A stretch of DNA of 64,000 nucleotides from Dehalococcoidia bacterium (lineage in GTDB: Bacteria; Chloroflexota; Dehalococcoidia; Bin125). Within the stretch, counting starts at the first letter, position 1, and every line of letters starts with the position of its first letter. Shown one piece after another: positions 44,161-53,366 of the stretch. The stretch covers positions 736,001 to 800,000 of the forward strand of contig CAXXRD010000001.1 in NCBI GenBank assembly GCA_963663895.2. Reading direction: 5' to 3'. Under the pieces are notes generated by a model. The model did not search any database. It was not told the origin of the DNA and saw nothing but the letters and a program-made list of their open reading frames with translations. A program made the position numbers and the translations under genes.

Positions 44161-45375
44161 CTAATACGACTTGGGCAGGCCGAGGCCGCGGGCGGCGATG
44201 ATGTTGCGCTGCACTTCGCTGGTGCCGCCTTCGATGGTGTTGGCGACGGAGCGCAGGTACCAGTACTCGTAGCGGCCGCCCTTGGGAGCGAGCTCGGGGT
44301 TGCCGGAGGCTTGCATCTGGGGAGTGAGCTGGCCGTAGAGGCCGAGCAGCTTCACGGCGGTGCGGTAGAGGCGCTGGTTGAGCTCGTTGGTATAGAGCTT
44401 GGCGATCGACGCCTCGGCGTTGGGGGGGCGGCCGCGGCTCTGCATGGAGACGACGCGGCAGGCGAGCAGGCGGCCGGCGAGGGCGGCGATGTAGAGGTCG
44501 GCGAGCTCGTAGCGGAGAAGCGGGTTGCGATGGAGGAGGGAGGCCGTGCCGACCTTCTGCTTGGCGAAGGCGACGAGGTCCTCGAGCGCCTGGCGCTGGC
44601 CGACGGCGGCGCCGATGCTGCTGCGCTCGATGTCGAGCGTTTGGACGGCGCCGTACCAGCCGCGATTGACCTCGCCCAGGACGTTGACGTGGGGGACGCG
44701 GACGTCCTCGAAGTAGACCTCGTTGAACTCGGCGGAGTTCGTCATCTGCACGAGGGGCCGCACGCTGACGCCGGGCGCGCGCATGTCGACGATGAAGTAG
44801 GTAATGCCTTTGTGCTTGGGTGCATCGGGATCGCTGCGGGCGAGGAGGATCATCCAGTCGGCGTGCCGGGCGCCGCTGGTCCAGATCTTCTGGCCGTTGA
44901 TGATCCAGTCGTCGCCGTCGCGGACGGCGCGGGTCTGGAGACCGGCGAGGTCTGAGCCGGCGCCCGGTTCGGAGTAGCCCTGGCACCAGATGACCTCGCC
45001 GCTGAGGATGGGCGGCAGGTGCTCCTTCCTCTGCTCGTCGGTTCCGAGAGCGACGATGGTGCCGCCGGCGATCTGGACGGTGATGATGCCGGGCCGGACG
45101 GCGCGCGCCTCCGCCATCTCCTCGTTGAAGATGAACTGCTCCATGATGGACATGCCGGCCCCGCCGTATTCGGCCGGCCAGGAGGGAGCGATCCAGCCGC
45201 GCTCCGAGAGCTTGCGGAACCAGATGCGGGTCGTCGGGGTGAGCGCGTGCTGATCGGACCCCGGGGGGCGTTCGGCGTTGATCCGGACGCGCAGGGGATC
45301 GTAGGCATCGTGGAGAAAGCCGCGCACCTGGGAGCGGAAGTCTGCCTCGGCTGGGGGATCGTGGAAGTCGACCAC
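44161..45375 (-). CDS. Acyl-CoA dehydrogenase family protein
   Basis: WCQGYSEPGAGSDLA, INGQKIWTS and TIEGGTSEVQRNII. Confidence 0.93.
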   Translation of the reverse strand: MVDFHDPPAEADFRSQVRGFLHDAYDPLRVRINAERPPGSDQHALTPTTRIWFRKLSERGWIAPSWPAEYGGAGMSIMEQFIFNEEMAEARAVRPGIITVQIAGGTIVALGTDEQRKEHLPPILSGEVIWCQGYSEPGAGSDLAGLQTRAVRDGDDWIINGQKIWTSGARHADWMILLARSDPDAPKHKGITYFIVDMRAPGVSVRPLVQMTNSAEFNEVYFEDVRVPHVNVLGEVNRGWYGAVQTLDIERSSIGAAVGQRQALEDLVAFAKQKVGTASLLHRNPLLRYELADLYIAALAGRLLACRVVSMQSRGRPPNAEASIAKLYTNELNQRLYRTAVKLLGLYGQLTPQMQASGNPELAPKGGRYEYWYLRSVANTIEGGTSEVQRNIIAARGLGLPKSY

Positions 45376-45461
45376 GGGGTCCTCCGTGCGAGGCGATTCT
45401 AGCCGACGCTCCGACCGAGTGCGGTGCGCGCGGCCGAGTTCCTGGGTACGATTCGAGTGCG

Positions 45462-46199
45462 ATGGTGCGACAGAAGATTCCGGAGGCCGAGGCGCGGCGG
45501 CTGCTGGGCGGAGCGCCGGTGCTGCTGGTGACGACGCGCTGGCAGGCGGTGTCGAACGTCTTCGCGGTGGCGTGGGCGATGCCGGTGAGCACGAACCCGC
45601 CGCTGCTGGCGATCGCGGTGCACCCGTCGCGGCACAGCCACGACATGATCAGCTTCGGGGAGAGCTTCGCGCTCAACATCCCGGCCCGGGTGCTGCTGAA
45701 TCACACGCAATGGGTGGGGATGGTGAGCGGCGTGCAGCTGGAGAAGCTGGATGTGGCGCGGCTGCCCCACTTCCGGGCCAAGGAGGTCGAGGCTCCGCTG
45801 ATCGAGGGCTGCGTGGGTTGGATCGAGTGCACGGTTTCGGACACATTCACGACGGGCGACCACACGCTCTTCATCGGGAAAATCGTGGCGGCGCACGTCG
45901 ACACGGAGGCGTGGGACGCGGAGCGGAAGGTGTGGTCGCTGACCGACGAGGAATACCAGCCCCTGCACTACCTGGGGGGGCGGAGCTACGCGATGCTGGA
46001 CTCGGTCTTCGACTCGGAGGTGGAGGCGCGGTCGGCGGAGCAGATGGAAGAGGAGGGCTTCGGAAAGGAGCTGGAGGAGGCGGAGGAGGAGCGGCGCCGG
46101 AAACGGGAAGAGGCGGAGCAGAGCCGGGCCGAGAGCGAGCAGCGGGGCGAAGAGGAGGTCTCCCCGGCGAAGGCGCCACGAGAGCGACCGGAAGGGTAA
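45462..46199 (+). CDS. Flavin reductase-like (flavoredoxin) protein with a charged C-terminal tail
   Basis: NPPLLAIAV, FALNIP, IEC and GDHTLFIG. Confidence 0.85.
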   Translation: MVRQKIPEAEARRLLGGAPVLLVTTRWQAVSNVFAVAWAMPVSTNPPLLAIAVHPSRHSHDMISFGESFALNIPARVLLNHTQWVGMVSGVQLEKLDVARLPHFRAKEVEAPLIEGCVGWIECTVSDTFTTGDHTLFIGKIVAAHVDTEAWDAERKVWSLTDEEYQPLHYLGGRSYAMLDSVFDSEVEARSAEQMEEEGFGKELEEAEEERRRKREEAEQSRAESEQRGEEEVSPAKAPRERPEG

Positions 46200-46381
46200 C
46201 GGACAAGAGGCGTCATGCGCCGCCGACTGCGAAACGGGCACCAGTTGCAGACGGCACCGGCGGGCATCGACCAAATAGCCACAGCCCCCGTGCGGCCGCT
46301 GGAGATGCGGTAGCGGAGGACCCCACAGCGTTACGGTGACGGCGAGCCTATCGCAAGCCTGCGAACTGCTAGGCTCGCGAT

Positions 46382-47263
46382 GTGCGGAAGATCTATTTCG
46401 GCGACAACCTCCCGATCCTGCGAGAGATGCCGAGCGGCCAGGCCGATCTGGTCTACATCGATCCGCCGTTCAATACCGGGGGATGGCAGACGCGGACGCG
46501 GCTGCGAACGGTCAGGGACGACAACGGCGATCGCGTCGGATTCCAGGGGAAACGCTACCGCAGCGAGCAGATCTCTAAGAGCCAGTTCCATGACCAGTTC
46601 GACGACTTCCTGGCCTTCCTGGAGCCGCGGCTCATCGAGATCAAGCGCCTCCTCTCGGACAGCGGCTCGCTCTACTTCCACATCGATTACCGCGAGGTGC
46701 ACTACTGCAAAGTCCTGCTCGATCAGATCTTCGGGCGCGACTGCTTCCTGAACGAGATCATCTGGGCCTACGACTACGGCGGACGGCCCAAGCGGCGCTG
46801 GCCGGCCAAGCACGACAACATCCTGCTGTACGTCAAGGACCCGCAGCGGTACACCTTCAACCGCGACGACATCGACCGGATTCCCTACATGGCGCCGGGG
46901 CTGGTGGGGCCGGAGAAGGCGGCCAAGGGCAAGCTGCCCACCGACACCTGGTGGCACACGATCGTCGCCCCCGGGAGCAAGGAGAAGACAGGCTATCCCA
47001 CACAGAAGCCGGAGCCCCTGATCGAGCGGATCGTGCGGGCGTCGAGCTCACCGGGATCCGTCGTGCTGGACTGCTTCGCCGGATCGGGCACCACGGGGGC
47101 CGTCTGCGCCCGCCTCGATCGCGGCTTCGTCCTGATCGACAACAACGAAGAGGCGATCCGGATCATGCGCCACAGGTTGCCCAAGGACGCCGAACTGATT
47201 GGCTGTGCGTCTCTCGACCCGGAATCCGCCTCAGCAGCCGGAGTTCAAGCCGCGCTCTTGTAA
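46382..47263 (+). CDS. Beta-class N4-C/N6-A DNA methyltransferase
   Basis: YIDPPF precedes YPTQKP and LDCFAGSGTT; extended -10 TGCTAGGCT 6 nt before GTG (leaderless). Confidence 0.92.
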   Translation: MRKIYFGDNLPILREMPSGQADLVYIDPPFNTGGWQTRTRLRTVRDDNGDRVGFQGKRYRSEQISKSQFHDQFDDFLAFLEPRLIEIKRLLSDSGSLYFHIDYREVHYCKVLLDQIFGRDCFLNEIIWAYDYGGRPKRRWPAKHDNILLYVKDPQRYTFNRDDIDRIPYMAPGLVGPEKAAKGKLPTDTWWHTIVAPGSKEKTGYPTQKPEPLIERIVRASSSPGSVVLDCFAGSGTTGAVCARLDRGFVLIDNNEEAIRIMRHRLPKDAELIGCASLDPESASAAGVQAALL

Positions 47264-47274
47264 GCACGCGTCAA

Positions 47275-47799
47275 ATGGATGACCACTTTTCCACTCTTGT
47301 TCGAGTTGCTGAAGAACTCAAAGTTCAAGAAGAAGCTCGAAGTGGATCTGATGCCTGGGAGAACAGTCCGTTTCAATGGATGACAAAAGGGCTTTCTTCA
47401 AGAACGAAGGGTGCCATTTTTGAGAAAATCGTTGAGGGATGGTGCCACGCGAACCGCTTGAATGTTCGCCGAAGTCCAGATTCCGAGGCTGACCGTTTGA
47501 TCGGCGGGACAAGAGTTGAGATCAAGGGCTCGACACTATGGAAGGGTGGGACTTTCAAGTTCCAACAGATACGCGATCAGAACTATGAGTTTTGCGTTTG
47601 CCTTGGGATCGAGCCGTGTGATGCACACTGCTGGGTGATTCCAAAGTCCGTGATCTTGGCTAAAGCGAGGGGGCAACACACTGGAGGAGAGGCAAGCGAC
47701 ACCCAGTGGCTTTCGTTCAAGGCAGCGACTCCCCCTAGCTGGCTCGCAGATTACGGCGGGTCACTTGCCGCGGCGGCCGAGCGGTTGCGCGCTCTATAG
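47275..47799 (+). CDS. Putative PD-(D/E)XK restriction endonuclease
   Basis: KGAIFE...ADRLI...VEIKGS...FQQIR; 11 nt after the methylase; lower GC. Confidence 0.72.
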   Translation: MDDHFSTLVRVAEELKVQEEARSGSDAWENSPFQWMTKGLSSRTKGAIFEKIVEGWCHANRLNVRRSPDSEADRLIGGTRVEIKGSTLWKGGTFKFQQIRDQNYEFCVCLGIEPCDAHCWVIPKSVILAKARGQHTGGEASDTQWLSFKAATPPSWLADYGGSLAAAAERLRAL

Positions 47800-47906
47800 C
47801 TCGGGCCTCTCTCCAAGGCGATCGTTGCATGGGCGTGGGAACAAGCGGCGGGTGGGTGGCATGCCCACGAAGCGCCCTCTACCAGGGAATCGCGCGGCGC
47901 GGACAC

Positions 47907-48782
47907 TCAATTCCCGTTCTGCCGGGCATACAGAAAGTCCACGGGATCAATGCTCCCCGAGGTTCCGGCGCCGTCGGAGATCGAGCAGGGATCGCCCGTG
48001 TTCGTCGATACTTCCACATGGACATGGAGCCCTTCGCCGGGCGCTCGATTTAATCCCAAATTACCGATAGTGCCGAGCCGATCGCCTCGAGCAACGGCCT
48101 TGCCAAGGAACAGACTTTCGTCGTGGGGTCCGTGCAAGTACTTCACGATGTGGTCGCCGGTACGGACGGCAATAAGGCCGTACCTGCCCGCGCCGGGCTG
48201 ACATGCCACGGTGCCACTGGTCAAGGAGAAGAATGCATGTCCGGTGCCCCCGCGGTCAGTTCGGTCGACATCCCAGCCAGAGTGGCCGCCCCGATAGCCG
48301 GGATGGGCAGGATGGCCTCCTTGACCGCACCAGCTGCCGCTGTGTGAGTATCCATCGGGGTGAGAATGCGGGTCGTTCGGGCAATTGCGGTAGTCGTTGT
48401 AGCCGAACGCAAGACTCGCGCCATATTTGAACAAGGCTTCAGCCAGTACTCTCTGTTTTTCTGTTCTACTAACGGCCGCGAACGTGTCGCCATGGTCGTC
48501 CGCGAACGGGTCCACCTCCACGGGTACCGACACCGTGACGAAGTTGGACTGGCGGAAGCGCCCCGACGGGCTCCGCTCCGACATGTCCAGCGGCGTGTTG
48601 TGCGTCGTCCACGTGCCCTCCGCGGGCCGCGTGCTCAGGTACAGGGCGCCGTCGTTGACGCCCTGCCACACGCGGACCTCCACGTCGGCGGTCGTCTCCA
48701 CGGTGCGCGACTGCGCGTAGGCGACGGCCGAGCCGGCGGCGATCACCAGGACCAAGGCGGCGATGATCAGGTTCTTGCACGT
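47907..48782 (-). CDS. Secreted protein with an M23-peptidase-like C-terminal domain; start codon irregular
   Basis: Signal peptide KNLIIAALVLVIAAGSAVAYA; HSGWD, YLHG, HVHVEV and IDP; no in-frame ATG/GTG after the SD. Confidence 0.7.
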   Translation of the reverse strand, partial: TCKNLIIAALVLVIAAGSAVAYAQSRTVETTADVEVRVWQGVNDGALYLSTRPAEGTWTTHNTPLDMSERSPSGRFRQSNFVTVSVPVEVDPFADDHGDTFAAVSRTEKQRVLAEALFKYGASLAFGYNDYRNCPNDPHSHPDGYSHSGSWCGQGGHPAHPGYRGGHSGWDVDRTDRGGTGHAFFSLTSGTVACQPGAGRYGLIAVRTGDHIVKYLHGPHDESLFLGKAVARGDRLGTIGNLGLNRAPGEGLHVHVEVSTNTGDPCSISDGAGTSGSIDPVDFLYARQNGN

Positions 48783-49020
48783 GGAGCATCCCCCCTTTTT
48801 CTTTTCGTTTCTTCGGCCGCGGCCGGCGGGCGGCGGGCCTGGCATCCCGGCCACCGACACGCGTGTCGCCGCGAGCGGAGGGACCGCCGCGACGGCGCGC
48901 TCATCCTGTAGAGCTGGCGGGCAGTGGCGGCCACCGCAGCCGCCGCCCTCGTCCCTAGCCCGCAGGCGTCCGCCGCGCCCGGCGGTTCCAATGCCGTCCG
49001 CCTGGCGGAGGCCGGGCGGC

Positions 49021-50145
49021 TCAGCCGGCCGCTGCCTCAGCCTCGGGCGCGCAGCCGACGGTCCACTCGCCACTGACGGCGGCCTCGACTTGGACGATGG
49101 CGATCTTTCCCTTGCCGACGATCAAGGGTCCTGTGAAGACCCCTTCTTCAATCGGCGCGCCGGTGGTGAAGTAATGATCGACCGTCCAGGACTCGCCATC
49201 ATCCGACACACGGGTGAAGGCGCTGAACGCAGCGGGCGCGAGGGCAGACCCATCCCATGCCAAGTTATTGCGGACGGTCACCGTGCAGGTATAGCGGCCA
49301 GTGGACAAGGAGAACTCAGCATCCTGCACAAACTTGTCGCCGGTGCCGCTCACGCTGACCGTGGGCGGGGCCGGGGGCGGGGGCGCGTCCGTCGTCGTAC
49401 AGCGGATCGTCCAGGGCGCGTTCGCGGCGGTGATGACTTGGAACCGGATGATCCCCGCCGCGACGTGGGCGTCCGGGCCGTCGCCGACGATCAGCGGCCA
49501 CACCTCCCAGCCGCCCGCGGTCACCGACCGCTGCACGGGGACAAGGGTCCACAGAGAGTAGGATCGCCAAGGCTCGTCGCTCGGCGGGTCCAGGTCCGGG
49601 ACATGGACGAAGAAAGACTCGCCCGCGTTGTCGGCCACGGTCGCCGCGCAGTTATAGCGGCCGGGGGCGAAGATGAGGTCCACGTTGGCGGGGTAGTAGC
49701 CAAAGCCCTGGGGAGCCATGAGGCCCGTCCCGCTGGTTTCGACCAAGGGCGTCGGCAGAACGGGGACGGTGAATGTGTGGAAGGCTAGCGCGTCGCCGCC
49801 GACGGCGCGCAGCCGGAACCAGTAGATGCCGCCAGGCTCGATCTGGCTGAGGCGGTTGATGCGATCGGGTGCGTTCGGGTGCCAGAGCTGCCACGACTGG
49901 GCGGCGTTGTCCCAAGCCGCCACGGTGACGATTGCCCACTGGCCGCCTGCCGCCACGGCCTTCGCCACATCGGGCAGGGCACGGGTCGCGTTGCCGCTGA
50001 GGCCGCCGTCGTAGACGATCTCCACCCAGCCCGTGGGGGGATCGTCGCTATCGGCGTGCACGGGCGTTCGCGCGACGGCACCAACGGCGGCGATCAGGGC
50101 GAGGGCGGCGAGGAGGTACAGGAACCGGGGCCGGAAGATGGACAT
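49021..50145 (-). CDS. Secreted protein with two tandem beta-rich repeats
   Basis: Signal peptide ending VHA; repeat SGTG...GRYxC...N...PLIVG...QV...WTxxC occurs twice. Confidence 0.75.
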   Translation of the reverse strand: MSIFRPRFLYLLAALALIAAVGAVARTPVHADSDDPPTGWVEIVYDGGLSGNATRALPDVAKAVAAGGQWAIVTVAAWDNAAQSWQLWHPNAPDRINRLSQIEPGGIYWFRLRAVGGDALAFHTFTVPVLPTPLVETSGTGLMAPQGFGYYPANVDLIFAPGRYNCAATVADNAGESFFVHVPDLDPPSDEPWRSYSLWTLVPVQRSVTAGGWEVWPLIVGDGPDAHVAAGIIRFQVITAANAPWTIRCTTTDAPPPPAPPTVSVSGTGDKFVQDAEFSLSTGRYTCTVTVRNNLAWDGSALAPAAFSAFTRVSDDGESWTVDHYFTTGAPIEEGVFTGPLIVGKGKIAIVQVEAAVSGEWTVGCAPEAEAAAG

Positions 50146-50223
50146 GGGCAGCCTTTCTCAGCGGAACACCCCTACCACGCGAGCGGGCGATGCGACCCGC
50201 GGGGGAGGGCCATTCGGTATGGA

Positions 50224-50257
50224 AGACTACCCCCCCCCCCCCCAGTCAAGGAGTCAA
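50224..50257 (-). promoter_or_regulatory. Sigma70-type promoter with a poly-G spacer
   Basis: TTGACT-CC-TTGACT-(G)14-TAGTCT on the minus strand, ~80 nt upstream of ATG 50145. Confidence 0.65.
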
Positions 50258-50400
50258 GGCGGGGAGTGTGTCGATCGACACACAAACGAACGATCGCGAG
50301 CCGATTGTTCCCCTCGGGGAGACCGAGCGGTTGGGCGTTATCGGATGTGCTTGGCCGGGGAGATGATGTCCAAGCGCCGACGGAAATCCGCCGCTCACAG

Positions 50401-50490
50401 GTGAGGAATGCCGGCTCCGGCCCAGAAATCCAGGAGGTCCCGCCTGTCCCCGTTCATTCCACCTGATAATGAGAGGGGTAATGAGGGGAA
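50401..50490. repeat. Diverged non-coding repeat, copy 1 (behind tRNA-Ser GGA)
   Basis: Ungapped match to 60421-60510, about 65/90 identities by hand count. Confidence 0.8.
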
Positions 50491-50542
50491 TAACTCGTAC
50501 ATCGTAGGAAAAGACTTGATTCCCAGGAACTTTGTGGGGATG

Positions 50543-50634
50543 TGGCGGAGAGGATGGGATTCGAACCCATGAGGGACCGTAAAGCCCCTACACGCTTTCC
50601 AGGCGTGCCTGTTCAGCCACTCCAGCACCTCTCC
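50543..50634 (-). tRNA. tRNA-Ser(GGA)
   Basis: GGAGAGG acceptor stem, CACGC-CTGGAAA-GCGTG anticodon arm, long variable arm and CCA. Confidence 0.97.
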
Positions 50635-50766
50635 GATCCGTTCAAGCGTCGCATATTTTACCCGCCCGCTGCGGTCGCCCAGCAACAGGATGCGCCCTGA
50701 GACCGCCAAATCGCGAGGGGATACACCAAGTGATGACATTGGCTTGGTAGTCAGGCATGCAGGTTA

Positions 50767-51678
50767 TTAGTACCAGTCGTACGGGGTGTTCGGACGCCGA
50801 GCCCAGGCGCTTCGCCCGACTTGTCTCATGGCCGGTCCCAACGCGGACATGAGACGAGTCCACTCCTGCGCGTTGGTGTGCCGCCATATGCCGTGACCAG
50901 GGAACACCCACTCCACCTGCAATGAGGCGATCCTGTCCATGGTGTCCGCAAGCGCCGACCACGAGTACCACGTCTGTACCGGTGTTACGTCGAACTCGCC
51001 TCGCCGATGGTTCCAGAGCAATGTATCGCCGGTGAACAGGCACCGGTCGTCCACGTGATAGAGGACATGGCCCTTGGTGTGCCCCGGAGCGGGGATTCCG
51101 CTCACCCCTGACGCGATGAAGGCCACGGTGGAGCCATCCAACAGATCGGTTGCATAGGGAGCGGCGTCGGCATCGGCTTCGCCTATCCACACTCTGGCCC
51201 CGTACCGCTCCGCCCAGCGGTCCGCGTCGGCCACGTCGTCCCGATGACTCAGCAACACGTGGGCAATCCCACCCATCCGATCGATGCTCGAAGCAAGTGG
51301 GCGGCTGAATCGCGGGGAATCGATCATCAGGTTGCCGTCGGGACGCACCACGAGATACGAGTGGCCGCCGAACGATGCAAGGGCGTTGTTGCCGAGGGCG
51401 TAGACCCCAACCTCCATCGGGTAGGGGAACACCCCCTCCGGCTCCCTGCGATGTTCTCGGTTGCCTATGGACTTGGTTGGGCATGCTGCGGCGGCCCGCC
51501 ATAGCGCAGCTTCCTGATCCTCGTTGATGGGCTGCCGGGCGACAAAGGAACGCCCATCGGCATCCATCTCGATCAGGCCGGGTGCCCAATGCCGGGCAGC
51601 ATCGCACCTGATGCAGCGCGTATCCACGAACCAGGGGCCGGGTGCGTTGTGTGAATTGGCCTGATCCACTCTAGGCAT
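50767..51678 (-). CDS. MBL-fold hydrolase with an N-terminal ferredoxin-like domain
   Basis: CIRCDA...CPTKSI, SHRDDVAD, PGHTKG, FTGD and FPGHG. Confidence 0.88.
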   Translation of the reverse strand: MPRVDQANSHNAPGPWFVDTRCIRCDAARHWAPGLIEMDADGRSFVARQPINEDQEAALWRAAAACPTKSIGNREHRREPEGVFPYPMEVGVYALGNNALASFGGHSYLVVRPDGNLMIDSPRFSRPLASSIDRMGGIAHVLLSHRDDVADADRWAERYGARVWIGEADADAAPYATDLLDGSTVAFIASGVSGIPAPGHTKGHVLYHVDDRCLFTGDTLLWNHRRGEFDVTPVQTWYSWSALADTMDRIASLQVEWVFPGHGIWRHTNAQEWTRLMSALGPAMRQVGRSAWARRPNTPYDWY

Positions 51679-52236
51679 AGTGGTTCTCTCCCATATCGAG
51701 TCACAATAGAGGCGCTTGGCCAGTTCCTCGGCCATTTCCTGACCCAGGAAACTTCACGCGTGTTCCATAAGGGACCTACCAGCCGAATTGGCCACTTCTG
51801 AGCCTTCGGTGATACACGCGAGCCATTCACGCCGCCGGTGCGCGGCCTCGAACGACTCTTCTGGAGGCATGCTCCCAGAAGTCACGCCGAAGTGTTGGTA
51901 GAAGTCCTCACGCTGCTCCCAACGCCCGATGGTTGACGCATGCCCGCCCCATTTCGTGTCATCCTCCACCGCCCGATAGAGCCTCTCACTTAAGAATCCA
52001 GGAGCATCGGACTGGACCGGCTTCCGCTAGGCTCGAAACTCCCCTTCACCGGCCTGGCAAGATTCGCCAGCGGACAAGCGCGACTTCCATGCGACACCCT
52101 CACTTTCACGCTACCTGGAGCAGTCGCGCTCCAGCCTGAAGAGAAACGGCAAGGCTCGCTTCGCCTGGGGTTTCATGGCAAACCATAGAGCCAAGAACTC
52201 TCGACGGCTTTAGGGTTCCGATGTATCCCCCAAACA

Positions 52237-52577
52237 ATGGTGGTGGGATCGAGGCGAAGGAACGACAAAGTCATAGCGAAGGCCGACGGCAAGGAAGGCC
52301 CCATCCCGAGCGGGCGCCAGGCGTGCTCCCCCTGCGTCCGCGCGGTAACAACACCGGGCTCGGGCCGGTATTGCGATGGGGAAGGGCGCTGCCCGTTGGT
52401 CACGAAGCCCGGCGGGCGCTGTTGGGTGTAACAGCTGACCATCCGTGGATGTCAGCGAGAACCGGGATTGGGTGGCTGTCCCTTGGTGGTCGCTTCGCGT
52501 GCCGGTGCCTCCTGCAGTGCCAGTCGTGGACCTGCGGTATCGGCACGCGGGTAGGGATAGACTTCCACGACGTTTGA
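52237..52577 (+). pseudogene. Possible degraded DUF427-like gene
   Basis: Fragments in different frames (NDKVIAKAD, C.GEG.C, RVGIDF) recall DUF427 proteins; no intact ORF. Confidence 0.35.
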
Positions 52578-52608
52578 ACCCTGGACGGACGAGTAGTGGG
52601 CGCGACGG

Positions 52609-53019
52609 CTACTCTGGGGTCAGGCCTAGGACCAGATCGCGCAGTGTGACCAGGCCGTGGGGCGCCCCGGCGTCATCGACCACCAGCGCGCGCGCGACGC
52701 GAAATTGCACCAGCAGCCGCACCGCGTAGCGCGCCAGCATCCCCGAGCGCACCGTCAGCGCCGGCTTCGCCATGACCTCGTAGACATTGACCCGCTCCGG
52801 TGCGCGGTTGCGGGCGATCACCTCCCGCGCCAGGTCGCTCACCGTGATCAGTCCCAGCTCGTCGTCGTCGTGGCGCCGGTTGACCACCAGCGAACTGATC
52901 TCCAGCCGCTTCATCATCGCCATCGCCTCGGCCACCGTCGCCGACCCGTCGATGGCGTGCACCTGCGCCCCCGTGATGTCGGACACGCGGATCGCCCTGG
53001 TGTCTCCGTTATCGGTCAT
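52609..53019 (-). CDS. CBS-pair domain protein
   Basis: ATVAEAMAMM...ISSLVV...GLITVSDL and V.EVM; second CBS motif GLVTLRDL. Confidence 0.88.
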   Translation of the reverse strand: MTDNGDTRAIRVSDITGAQVHAIDGSATVAEAMAMMKRLEISSLVVNRRHDDDELGLITVSDLAREVIARNRAPERVNVYEVMAKPALTVRSGMLARYAVRLLVQFRVARALVVDDAGAPHGLVTLRDLVLGLTPE

Positions 53020-53366
53020 AGCGCGCCTTCCAACTCCTCTATCAGCGTGGGCAACTGCGTGGAGAGGCCGACAGCGTCATCGATGCTGAGCTGAAAAGCG
53101 ATGCCGGCGCCGTGCTCACGGTCCATGCCACCGGCCGCCGCGAGCCGCTCCAGGATGTCCCGGGCCCGCGGTTCCGCCACGAGAAACAGCACCACGTCGC
53201 GGCTCGCCACCAAGTCCAGCCCGAGAAAGGTCTTGGCCGGCTTCAGTCCCTCGCCGCGCACACTGCTGATGATGGTGGCGCCCGTCGCGCCGCCCGCCCG
53301 CGCCGCATCGATGATGTGCTTCGTCTTCTCGCCGCTCACCAGCGCGACGATCAACGCCATCTTCAT
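53016..53366 (-). CDS. PII-like regulator
   Basis: IIDAARAGGATGATII...RGEG and GAGIAFQL; ATGA overlaps on both sides. Confidence 0.85.
   Translation of the reverse strand: MKMALIVALVSGEKTKHIIDAARAGGATGATIISSVRGEGLKPAKTFLGLDLVASRDVVLFLVAEPRARDILERLAAAGGMDREHGAGIAFQLSIDDAVGLSTQLPTLIEELEGAL

Noticed and set aside
48469-48789. 106-aa ORF starting at the ATG next to the SD
   Set aside because: Arg/Gly-rich off-frame reading of the secreted-protein gene; the signal peptide is in the other frame
50543-50570. Match to the 3' end of tRNA-Ser(CGA) as a possible att duplication
   Set aside because: It belongs to a complete second tRNA-Ser with a different anticodon, so isoacceptor similarity explains it
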